Source: Candidatus Multivoradales bacterium
Lineage (GTDB): Bacteria; Acidobacteriota; Thermoanaerobaculia; Multivoradales; J023
Length of the DNA stretch: 64,000 nt
Assembly (NCBI GenBank): GCA_965248925.1
Contig: CBDFLE010000006.1
Span: 3,872,001 to 3,936,000 of the forward strand
Reading direction: 5' to 3'
A program made the translations under genes and the position numbers. The notes below the pieces were generated by a model. It made no database searches, was not told where the DNA came from, and was given only the letters and a program-made list of their open reading frames with translations. Positions within the stretch are counted from its first letter, which is position 1. The number at the start of each line of letters is the position of its first letter. This document shows, one piece after another, positions 48,275 to 56,695 of this stretch.

Positions 48275-49765
48275 CTAGGGGTTGTTCCCCAGAATCCGGA
48301 CGGCAATCTCGTCGACATAGTCAGATCGTTGCAACCGAGGCAAGACCTGTCGCAGCTCGCTGGCGGCGCGTTCTTGCTGGCCGCTCTCGAAAAGGGCCAC
48401 TGCAAAATAGAAGCGCAGGGCGGCCCGCTGTGGCCGGGCACGGTCGAAGTAGCGGGCAGCGGCGGCGAATCTGGAATCGCGGTAGGCCAGCTCGCCAGCG
48501 ATGTGCAGCGCCTCGCTATTGAGTGGCAGGCGGCTGGCGAGGCCCAGGCCACGATCTGTGAGGCGACTTAATTGATCAGGGTCGTTGATCGAGCCGGCTC
48601 GTTGTAGCAGTTGGCGCAGCTCGTTCAGGGTGGCCTCGATTCGGGGATCGGTGCTCGCGCTGGGCTGGGTCGGCGGTGGTGGTGCCGCGGTGGGTGTAGT
48701 GGTGGTGGAGCCAACCGTGGACTCGACTGAGAATTCGAGGGTGGACTCGGCGCTGGCCGCGGTTGGCGGATCGCTATTTTGGGATGGCAGATCGGCCCCC
48801 ATGGTTGCCGCTGGGCGTGCCGCCTCCAGGGCATCACCGGCGGCTGGTGGGGCCACATCGAGGGGCGCGATCTGCCCCTCAGTGGGCTCTTCGGTGGCGG
48901 CGGCAAGCTGCTTCCGGGCCGTTCTTGCTAACCGGCGAAAGGTCTTTTTCCTCTGCAAGGCGGCGGGCAACTGGTCGTAGAACTGGCTGGCACCGGCGTA
49001 CTCGCCGACCGCTAGCAGGCAGCTGAGCCGCTCTTCCGCTAGCTGTGTGTCGCTGCTCGGGTCACCGCAGCTCGCTAGCTCGGGCAGGGCTTCGGCGCAG
49101 CGCCCGAGGGTGCTCAGGGCTCGGCCACGTAGGCAGCGTCCGGTGGAGTCTTCCGCGCTGGGCGCCAGGCCCTCGAAGGCGGCCAGGGCGGCGCTGCTAT
49201 TGCCCGCCGCTAATTCCAATTCGGCGAGGGCTCGGCGCCACTTCGGATCGCCGGCCGCGATGGCTATCTGCTGCTGCAGCGCCGCCCGCCGGCCACCGGT
49301 GTCGAGCCCGAGCAGCTCGGTTTCGAGCATTTCTCGGGCGATCGGCGCGAAAGCCGCCAATCCGCGCAGGGTGTCGCGGGGTACCCAACGGATGACCACC
49401 TCGGTGAAGGCTTGGTGGAAGGCAGGCGGCGGTTGTGCCGCGGAGTAGCCGCCGAAGAGTTCTTCGACTTCCAGCAGCCGGCCGAAGGTGCTGTTGAAGG
49501 CATCGCGTTGGTCAAGCTGGCCCTGAGTCGCCGCCAGCCGCACCAGGCAGTCGGCCAGTGCCGTAGGCTCGTCGAGCAGGCCAAAACAAGCGAGCCGCAG
49601 GTGCTGGGCGGCGCCTACTAAATCACCACTGTCGTAGGCCAGGCTACCCCGACGCAGCAAGCCGTTGTAGAAGGCGTCGGCAGCATTGGCCGCGGGCGGT
49701 AGGCTGACCATGAAGGTCAGGAGGACTCCCGTTGCCAAGGGCAGGGGGGCTAGTCGATATCGCAT
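48275..49765 (-). CDS. Exported TPR-repeat protein
   Basis: Signal peptide (…LPPAANA), TPR-like helices, a Pro/Thr/Ala linker and a C-terminal TPR. Confidence 0.7.
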   Translation of the reverse strand: MRYRLAPLPLATGVLLTFMVSLPPAANAADAFYNGLLRRGSLAYDSGDLVGAAQHLRLACFGLLDEPTALADCLVRLAATQGQLDQRDAFNSTFGRLLEVEELFGGYSAAQPPPAFHQAFTEVVIRWVPRDTLRGLAAFAPIAREMLETELLGLDTGGRRAALQQQIAIAAGDPKWRRALAELELAAGNSSAALAAFEGLAPSAEDSTGRCLRGRALSTLGRCAEALPELASCGDPSSDTQLAEERLSCLLAVGEYAGASQFYDQLPAALQRKKTFRRLARTARKQLAAATEEPTEGQIAPLDVAPPAAGDALEAARPAATMGADLPSQNSDPPTAASAESTLEFSVESTVGSTTTTPTAAPPPPTQPSASTDPRIEATLNELRQLLQRAGSINDPDQLSRLTDRGLGLASRLPLNSEALHIAGELAYRDSRFAAAARYFDRARPQRAALRFYFAVALFESGQQERAASELRQVLPRLQRSDYVDEIAVRILGNNP

Positions 49766-49779
49766 GCTGGTGGGTCCCT

Positions 49780-50541
49780 TCAACGGCTTGGCTCAGACTC
49801 GGCCACGGCCAAGTTAGCGGGCAATGGGCGATCTTCTAGCACCGCGGTGGGGTTGTCGATGAAGATTCGCCGGGCTTCGCTCTCGCCCCAGTTGGCGGCA
49901 ACGAAGCCGAAGGCGTCGCTGAGTCCCGGCGGGCGCCGCTTAACCCCATGAGCATCGCTGGCGATAAAGCTCACCAGGCCGTCTTCGAGTAGCGCTGAGC
50001 ACAGTTCTCGCACCTGCCCGCCGAGCCTGCCGAGCACGCACATGGCGGTCAACTGGAGATGGGCACCGCTGTCGACTAACTCGTCGAGCAGCCGATAGTC
50101 GCGGGCCAACCATGGAATGCGTTCAGGGTGGGCGAGCACCGGCTGCCAGCCCTCGACCCGCAGCTCGTGGACCAACTCCAGCGGATCGGGCCCCAGCCCC
50201 TGGTGATGTAGTTCGAGCAACAAATAGCGCGATCCGGCCAGGGTCAGCAGGTTGCCGGCGGGGAGCTGCTCGAGCTCGCGGGCGCTCTGTGAGGAGACGG
50301 CGATCTCGCCGCCGAGGCGGACATCGATGATTCCGCGGGCGGCCAGCCGCAACTGCTGCCAGCGGCTCTCGAGATGGTCGCGGTCGTCATTGGCCCAGTG
50401 CTCATGGCGCAGATGAGGGGTTGCGACAAGCACTCGACAGCCGTCCGCCGCGGCCAGCCGACACATCTCGAGAGCTTCTTCGAGGTGGTGGGCACCGTCG
50501 TCGACACCGGGCAGCAGATGGCAGTGCAGATCGATCATCAC
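49780..50541 (-). CDS. CpsB/CapC PHP-family tyrosine phosphatase
   Basis: IDLHCHLLPGVDDGA, ATPH, AHPER and IASDAH. Confidence 0.93.
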   Translation of the reverse strand: MMIDLHCHLLPGVDDGAHHLEEALEMCRLAAADGCRVLVATPHLRHEHWANDDRDHLESRWQQLRLAARGIIDVRLGGEIAVSSQSARELEQLPAGNLLTLAGSRYLLLELHHQGLGPDPLELVHELRVEGWQPVLAHPERIPWLARDYRLLDELVDSGAHLQLTAMCVLGRLGGQVRELCSALLEDGLVSFIASDAHGVKRRPPGLSDAFGFVAANWGESEARRIFIDNPTAVLEDRPLPANLAVAESEPSR

Positions 50542-50571
50542 AAGTCGATTCCGGAAAGACCCCGCCGCGCC

Positions 50572-52911
50572 CTAGGCGGCGGAAGAGTCGGCGGCTTCGC
50601 TGACCTCGGCCAGGTTCTGCTCGTAAGCACCATAGTAGTGGTAGCGCTTGGCATAGCGCGCGCTGCTGGCGCGATAGCGATTGAGCACTGTTCCCAGAAC
50701 CCGAATGTTGGAGTAAATCAGCCGATCACGGCAGGCTCGCGCGTCTTCGCGCAGTATCCCTGCTTTGGTGCAGATCACCATGCCGTCGGCGTGGGTGCCG
50801 AGGATCACCGCGTCGGCCACCGGCAAGGTGGGCGGGGTGTCGATGAGCACAAAGTCGAAGTGCTCGCTGGCTAGCCGCAGCAATTTCTTCATCCGCTCGC
50901 TGGCCAGCAGCTCGGAGGGGTTGGGAGGGACCGGGCCGCAAGGGCAGATCCACAGATCGGGTACTTGGGTTTCCTGGTAGAGCTGCTCCGGCTCTGAAGT
51001 ACCGGTGAGATAGCTCACCAAGCCGACCCGGTTCGATACCTGGAAAACCTTGTGCAGCCGTGGCCGGCGCAGGTCGCCATCGATAATCAACACCCGGCGG
51101 CCGAGCTGGGCCATGACCACTCCGAGATTGGACACCGTTGCCGTCTTGCCTTCGCTGGGCTCGGCCGAGGTCAGCGCCACCACCCGTAGCTCCTCGGCGC
51201 TGGATAGCAGCAGAGCGGTACGCAGCGAGCGATAGGCCTCGCACACCGCCAGCCGCGGCCGGTGATGGGGGAGGAGTTCGATACGAATCTTCTCGCTGAC
51301 CTCTTGTTTGGCTCCTTTCCCGCCGCGGCCGCCGGCCTGGCGCAGCTGGGTGTCGGAGTAGCCATAGCCATAGCTGTAGCCGTAGCGCTTGCTGCCAGTA
51401 TTGCGCCCCGAGAGGTTGACATCTGGAATCACCGACAGAATGGGCAGAGCCATGATTTTCTCAAGTTCTTCCGGGCTCTTCACCGTGCGGTCGAGAAACT
51501 CCAACAGGGCGATCCCAGCCAAGCCCAAAACCAAGCCGAAGAGCAGCGCCGAAGTTAGGTCGCGGCGCAGGATCGGCCGGTAGGGGTAGGCCGGCACGAT
51601 AGCACTGTCGACGATGCGAACGTTGCTGTCGCGGCTGTAGTCAACCCGCGCCACCACGTCGGTTTCGGACTGCTGCTTGAGCAGATCGACGAGCAATTCT
51701 TGCTTGGTGTCCATGGTGTCTTTGACGTTGTTGTAGTTCAACGAATCGTTGTTGAACTCAGCCATCGTCGCTTTCACCTGCCGTAGCTCTTGTTCGAGTC
51801 GAATCTGCTCGCGCCGGGCGGCATCGTATTGTGCCCGCGCTTGCGAGCGAACTTGGGCGGCGGTTTCGCGCACCAGTTGGCCAACTTCGGCGCGCTTTTC
51901 TTCGATGCTCTGCGCCAGTTCCTGCATCTTTGGCCACTGGGCGGTGAACTCCGCGGATTTGGCGGCATACTCGCCTTCGAGCTGGGCCAGTGCGGTATTG
52001 AGCTGGGTGATGCGGCCCCCCGCCTGGACGCTGGCCACTCTCCGGTCGTTCCGACTGCCGATGGTCTCGGAGATCGCCTGCTTGTTGACCCGGTCGCCAA
52101 TCACCCGATTGAGTTGTTTCTCGAGGGTTTTCTTGCGCTCCACCAAGGCTTGGCCATCCGGGTCTAGGGCAAACTCGCTGGTTACCGAGTTGCCGAGCTG
52201 GGAGAGGTCGCTCTGCAGTTGGCGGATTTCCGCTTGCAAGCTCTCGATTTGCTCGGTCAACAGTCCCGAGGCGCGGCCGACGGTGGCCGATCGCTTCTCG
52301 GCCCCCCACTCGATCAGCGCTTCGGCGAAGCCCTGAGAGATCTGGGCCGCCAGGATGGGCGAATGGGAGACAAAGGAAACACTGACCAATTGGGTGTCAC
52401 GGATCGGATCGACCTCCAGCCTGCCCTGAAGGCGCATCGCCAAGGAGGCGATCCGCGCCTGGTCTTGAGCCGCGGTGACCGCCGGGTCCCTGTCTTGGGA
52501 AGTCAGGCTATTGCCCTGACCGGTGAACAGGGGATTCTCAGCCAGTCGCAGGTTGGTCACCACCCGCTCCGCCAAGCCACGGCTGGCCAGCAGCCGGTAT
52601 TGGGTCGGGTAGTACTCCATATTCCACCAGTCTTCGAGGTAACTGTTCTGTCCCAGAGCCATCGACGACAAGCGCTTGCGCTCGATCTGCAGCAAGGTCG
52701 ACGAGCGGTATTCCTTGGTGGTCAGTGAGAATTTGACCAGCCCGTAGGCTGCCGCCACCAAACAGCACACCGCGATCAACGGCCAACGTCGGCGCAGGGC
52801 GTTGAGGTACCGATGGATATCGATGCCGTCGTCATCGCCACTGACTTCCATCTTCTGAGCTGGCGGCATCGCTTGCCGGGGCTGGAACTGAGAGGTTGGG
52901 GAGTGCATCAA
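50572..52911 (-). CDS. wzc: Polysaccharide co-polymerase / BY-kinase
   Basis: Wzz domain, EAYRSLRT, Walker A EPSEGKT, IDGDLRRP, IDTPP and Tyr clusters YGYSYGYGY and YHYYGAY. Confidence 0.93.
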   Translation of the reverse strand: MMHSPTSQFQPRQAMPPAQKMEVSGDDDGIDIHRYLNALRRRWPLIAVCCLVAAAYGLVKFSLTTKEYRSSTLLQIERKRLSSMALGQNSYLEDWWNMEYYPTQYRLLASRGLAERVVTNLRLAENPLFTGQGNSLTSQDRDPAVTAAQDQARIASLAMRLQGRLEVDPIRDTQLVSVSFVSHSPILAAQISQGFAEALIEWGAEKRSATVGRASGLLTEQIESLQAEIRQLQSDLSQLGNSVTSEFALDPDGQALVERKKTLEKQLNRVIGDRVNKQAISETIGSRNDRRVASVQAGGRITQLNTALAQLEGEYAAKSAEFTAQWPKMQELAQSIEEKRAEVGQLVRETAAQVRSQARAQYDAARREQIRLEQELRQVKATMAEFNNDSLNYNNVKDTMDTKQELLVDLLKQQSETDVVARVDYSRDSNVRIVDSAIVPAYPYRPILRRDLTSALLFGLVLGLAGIALLEFLDRTVKSPEELEKIMALPILSVIPDVNLSGRNTGSKRYGYSYGYGYSDTQLRQAGGRGGKGAKQEVSEKIRIELLPHHRPRLAVCEAYRSLRTALLLSSAEELRVVALTSAEPSEGKTATVSNLGVVMAQLGRRVLIIDGDLRRPRLHKVFQVSNRVGLVSYLTGTSEPEQLYQETQVPDLWICPCGPVPPNPSELLASERMKKLLRLASEHFDFVLIDTPPTLPVADAVILGTHADGMVICTKAGILREDARACRDRLIYSNIRVLGTVLNRYRASSARYAKRYHYYGAYEQNLAEVSEAADSSAA

Positions 52912-53816
52912 AAGAATGACTCCTTGACGATGATGATGTCGCCATCCATGAGTTCGAGGTTGGGCTCTTTGCCGTTGAGCATATGGCGATAGTTGACTTC
53001 CAACTCGGCCGTTTGATCAGCGCCCTGGCGCTGAATTCGCAGAGTCTTGGCGGCGGTTTCGGTAGGCCCGCCGGCCTTGGCCAAGGCGGCTAGCAGCGTG
53101 GCCGATTCGCCGTGCTCGAAGGTCAAGACCCCAGCCCGCTCAACTTCGCCAATCACATGCACGGTGATCCTCTTGGCAACCGGTACTTGGATCAGATCGC
53201 CAGCCATGATCGGCAGGTTGACGTTGGGGTCGCCACGCACCAAGAGATCCTCGGTGGAGATCCCGACCTGATCGCTGAGGCCATTGCGGCCACGACGGCG
53301 GACGTAGACTATGCCGGCGGTGTCTTCCGCCAGGCCACCGGCGGTGACCAGAACTTCGAGCAAGGTGACGCCGGTGGGTACGGTGATCAAACCAGCGTTG
53401 GCGACCGCGCCGAGTACCGAGACACGGAATTCGCGCACCCGCACGCTGACCGTGGCGTGGCGTACTCCCTTGGCTTGCAGCTCTGCTTTCATCTCAGCCG
53501 CCAACTGCTCGGCGGTCTGTCCTTGGGCGACGATCGAGCCGAGGATCGGCAAGTCGAGGGTGCCGTCTTCTGCCACCTCCACGGTCTGTGACAGCTCGTC
53601 GAGCTCGGCGACCCGGATCGACAGTACGTCGTGGGGACCGATGCGATAGGGGTCGGCCGCCGCTGTGCTTTGGGCAAGCGCTGTGCTCTGGGCAAGCGCT
53701 GTGCTCTGGGCAAGCGCTGTGCTCTGGGCAAGCGCTGTGCTCTGGGAAAACCCAGGCCCGGCGCTCAACAGAGCACTGGTCAAGAATGCAGAAATGAGAA
53801 TCCGAATCAGATTCAT
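52908..53816 (-). CDS. Short OPX/Wza-like polysaccharide export protein (Poly_export + SLBB domains)
   Basis: YRIGPHDVL, DGTLDLPILG, two SLBB repeats, ending DGDIIIVKESFF. No lipobox Cys. Confidence 0.9.
   Translation of the reverse strand: MNLIRILISAFLTSALLSAGPGFSQSTALAQSTALAQSTALAQSTALAQSTAAADPYRIGPHDVLSIRVAELDELSQTVEVAEDGTLDLPILGSIVAQGQTAEQLAAEMKAELQAKGVRHATVSVRVREFRVSVLGAVANAGLITVPTGVTLLEVLVTAGGLAEDTAGIVYVRRRGRNGLSDQVGISTEDLLVRGDPNVNLPIMAGDLIQVPVAKRITVHVIGEVERAGVLTFEHGESATLLAALAKAGGPTETAAKTLRIQRQGADQTAELEVNYRHMLNGKEPNLELMDGDIIIVKESFF
53661..53746. repeat. In-frame 18-bp tandem repeat (about 4.8 copies) encoding (QSTALA)n
   Basis: CGCTGTGCTCTGGGCAAG units at 53661, 53679, 53697, 53715 and 53733 (partial). 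Confidence 0.95.
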
Positions 53817-53903
53817 GGACACAGCTTACCCACCGTTTATAACGCAGCCAATTACGAACCAGCAGTGCGAGCCGTGAGGAGGGCCGAAATAGCCTCTGTC
53901 AGA

Positions 53904-55196
53904 CTACCATATCTCGCCTCGGCGGCCAAGTTGCAGGCGCTCGCGCAGCCGGCCATAGCTTACCGTCAGGCCAAAACTACTGGTTTCTCGGTTGGCGCCG
54001 AGGAGGCTGGAGTCGTATTCGGTACGGCTGCCGACCAATGAGATGCCGAGCTTGCGCCCCAGGGGAAGATAGAGGGAGCCGCCGAAAGCGGTGACATCGT
54101 CGATTCGTGGCGGATTCTGCGAGTCAAGCTGGGCGAATTTGTCCTCGCCGCTCTCCAAGCTGAGGCTGAGATTGGCCCGGCGAAGTCCCAGCTCGACCCG
54201 TGCACCTTGCCGATCGGCCAAGTAGTGAGAGTTGATGTCGGCCACCGAGTAGACCAACGAGCGGCGACTGTAGACCAGGAATTGCAGGCGCTCGGAGCGT
54301 GACCACAGCAAATCGAGAAAGCCGGTGGTTTCGTCGAAGGGCACGAATTCGGAACCTGGTTCGGGCTCGATGGAATTGAAGGCGAGGTGAAAACGGCTTT
54401 CGAGCCTACCGCCGTTGAAGCTGCCTTCGACGAAGGGCTGAGTTCCGGAGTTGGATAGATTGCGAGCCTCGCCGGCAAACTCGTTGTCGACCCGCTCGAC
54501 GCCGACGGCAACCGCCCAGCCGCTGGCGCTGCGCAGCCGGAAGCCGGCGTTGATGGTGTCTTGCTGGCGGTTGAGCAAGTCGAAGATTTCGTTCTCGTCT
54601 TCCTGGTTCTCAAATTCGCTGTGGGTGAGGTTGGCGAATAGCCACAGACGTTGGGTGACCCGCACTTCGACCGCGGCGCGGGCGATGTCGTTGCTCGACG
54701 AGGTCAGCTCTTGCAACTCGGAAGTGAAGTAGGACTGTTCTTCGATCCGTCGGGCTGAAAGTTCGAGGTGGAAGCGGTTGAAGAAAGCGAAAAACCCGAG
54801 CCCATAACGGCCGTTGAGCCGGCGCTTGTTCTCGGTCTGCGACCACCAGCTGTACTCCGGCAGGAGGTGTGCCGCCCAGGTGACTTTGGGACCGTTGCGG
54901 ATGTAACCGCGCAGACCGGCGCCAATTGAGAGGGTGAAGTCGCGTTCGTCGCTGCCGTTGTCGTCGGTGGTGGTCACCCACGACGCATCGCGAATCCCAA
55001 ACCAAGGTGACAAGCGCAATATGCCGAGTCGCCAGGGCGCCGTAGTGGCACCGGATTCGAGCGCCGCTTCGTTAGGGGTCGCTTCGCCGGGGGCGATCTC
55101 ACCGGGCGCGTTATACTGCGCTGCAAGTGGCGTCGACCTGAGGAAGAAAACCGCCACCAAGATCCCAACTACCACCAACCAGTTTGCCGAGCGCAT
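53904..55196 (-). CDS. Outer membrane beta-barrel protein associated with polysaccharide export
   Basis: Signal peptide and alternating amphipathic beta-strand pattern. Lies immediately upstream of the OPX and wzc genes. Confidence 0.75.
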   Translation of the reverse strand: MRSANWLVVVGILVAVFFLRSTPLAAQYNAPGEIAPGEATPNEAALESGATTAPWRLGILRLSPWFGIRDASWVTTTDDNGSDERDFTLSIGAGLRGYIRNGPKVTWAAHLLPEYSWWSQTENKRRLNGRYGLGFFAFFNRFHLELSARRIEEQSYFTSELQELTSSSNDIARAAVEVRVTQRLWLFANLTHSEFENQEDENEIFDLLNRQQDTINAGFRLRSASGWAVAVGVERVDNEFAGEARNLSNSGTQPFVEGSFNGGRLESRFHLAFNSIEPEPGSEFVPFDETTGFLDLLWSRSERLQFLVYSRRSLVYSVADINSHYLADRQGARVELGLRRANLSLSLESGEDKFAQLDSQNPPRIDDVTAFGGSLYLPLGRKLGISLVGSRTEYDSSLLGANRETSSFGLTVSYGRLRERLQLGRRGEIW

Positions 55197-55225
55197 CCTC
55201 GTTTTCTCCTAGAACTCGTCTCAAG

Positions 55226-56611
55226 ATGTCTGAACGAAGCGGAATCATATGGCATCGAGACCTGCTGACGGCGCTGAGTACGGCTTTGTTGTTGCTCGCC
55301 GTGGTGTTGCTGCCGCTGCCTTTCGGCGGCGTGATGCCGAGCCACCGAGCGCTGGCGGCGGCGATCGTCTTGTTGGTGCTCGCCCTGGCGCAATTCGATC
55401 GCCATGCCGCGGAGTCGGTGCGGCGGGTGGCGGTGCCGGCGCTGGCGCTGGCGGCGGTGGGGGTCTTCGGCGCCTTGCAGGCAATGCCCTGGCCCCGCTC
55501 TCTCACCGCTTTGCTGGCGCCGCGCACCCTGGCGGCGCGGCAGGCGGCGGAGGGCTTGTTGGGCATCGAACCGAGTTCTTGGGTGGCGCCCTCTTTGGCG
55601 CCGCGGGTGTCATTGATCACCGCCGTTGAGTGGCTGGCGCTGGCGGCTTGCTTGGCGGCGGCGGCAATTCTCGGTCGTGATCGGCGCAACCGGCGGTTGT
55701 TCGGCGCCGGTCTGCTGTTGGTGATGGTTGGTGAGGTGATCTTCGGTGCCCAGGCGATGGTTGAGAACCGCACCACCATCTGGGGGGTGACGGTCGATAG
55801 TCCGGGGCACCGCTTGCGAGGCAGCTTCGTCAACCCCGACCACACGGCACTCTACATCTCCTTCGGGGTGGCGGTGGCTTTTGGCTTCCTGTGGTGGGCG
55901 ACTCGGCGGGCCCGAAACGAGCCGTCTTTCGAGCGCCGGTTGCTCTTGGTGGCCGGGCCGGCGCTGCTGCTGCTGACACTATTCGTCGGTGTTGCTTTCA
56001 CCGGCTCGCGGGCTGGCCTGCTGGTGGTGGTGGCGACTCTTCTTGCTCAGACGATCTTGCTGGCGCTGCACTATCGCAGTTGGCGGCGGGGCTGGCTTGG
56101 TTTGGTGGTGCTAGGGGCTGGCCTGCTCGGAGTGGCGGGCTTCGGTTTGCGCCAAGGGTTGGGGCGGTGGCTCGACACTTCGATTTTCGAGCTCACCCTG
56201 AACTCTCGCTGGCAGGCGTGGTCGGCCACCCTCGACCTGTGGACCGAATTCCCCTGGGTCGGTAGCGGTTTGGGGACCTTCCGCCAAGCTTTCCCCCTGG
56301 TCCAGCCGGCTGATCTCGTGGGAGATTGGCACCATGCCCACAACGACGTTGTCGAGTTGCTGGCCACTACTAGCTTGGTGGGGTTGCCGCTGGTGCTGTG
56401 GGGCGTAGTCGGGCTGGGCCGTCAGCTGTGGCGGGTCTTGCAGCTTGGTCGCCGGTCGGAGGACCGAGCTTTCGCGCTGATTGTCGCCGGTGCGGTGGTA
56501 GGTACCGGGGTGCATCTGTTGTTCGACTTCGGCTTGTCGATCCCCGCGAACTCATTCTCCCTGGCGTTGCTCTGTGGCCTCGCCTGCGGCACTCCTTCGT
56601 TGCAGGAGTGA
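55226..56611 (+). CDS. O-antigen ligase family membrane protein
   Basis: PLPFGG, RLRGSFVNPDH, TGSRAG, PWVGSGLGTF and HAHND. Confidence 0.9.
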   Translation: MSERSGIIWHRDLLTALSTALLLLAVVLLPLPFGGVMPSHRALAAAIVLLVLALAQFDRHAAESVRRVAVPALALAAVGVFGALQAMPWPRSLTALLAPRTLAARQAAEGLLGIEPSSWVAPSLAPRVSLITAVEWLALAACLAAAAILGRDRRNRRLFGAGLLLVMVGEVIFGAQAMVENRTTIWGVTVDSPGHRLRGSFVNPDHTALYISFGVAVAFGFLWWATRRARNEPSFERRLLLVAGPALLLLTLFVGVAFTGSRAGLLVVVATLLAQTILLALHYRSWRRGWLGLVVLGAGLLGVAGFGLRQGLGRWLDTSIFELTLNSRWQAWSATLDLWTEFPWVGSGLGTFRQAFPLVQPADLVGDWHHAHNDVVELLATTSLVGLPLVLWGVVGLGRQLWRVLQLGRRSEDRAFALIVAGAVVGTGVHLLFDFGLSIPANSFSLALLCGLACGTPSLQE

Positions 56612-56695
56612 GGGCCGGGTGCCGACCGAGATTGCGCCGCCAAGAGCCTGCGGCGAGAGTCTGAAGCAGCGCGACTCGACTCTTGGCACTGGCTC

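Noticed and set aside
53661-53746. 18-bp repeats as CRISPR or iterons
   Set aside because: They are head-to-tail with no spacers and lie in-frame in a coding sequence, so this is a simple VNTR.
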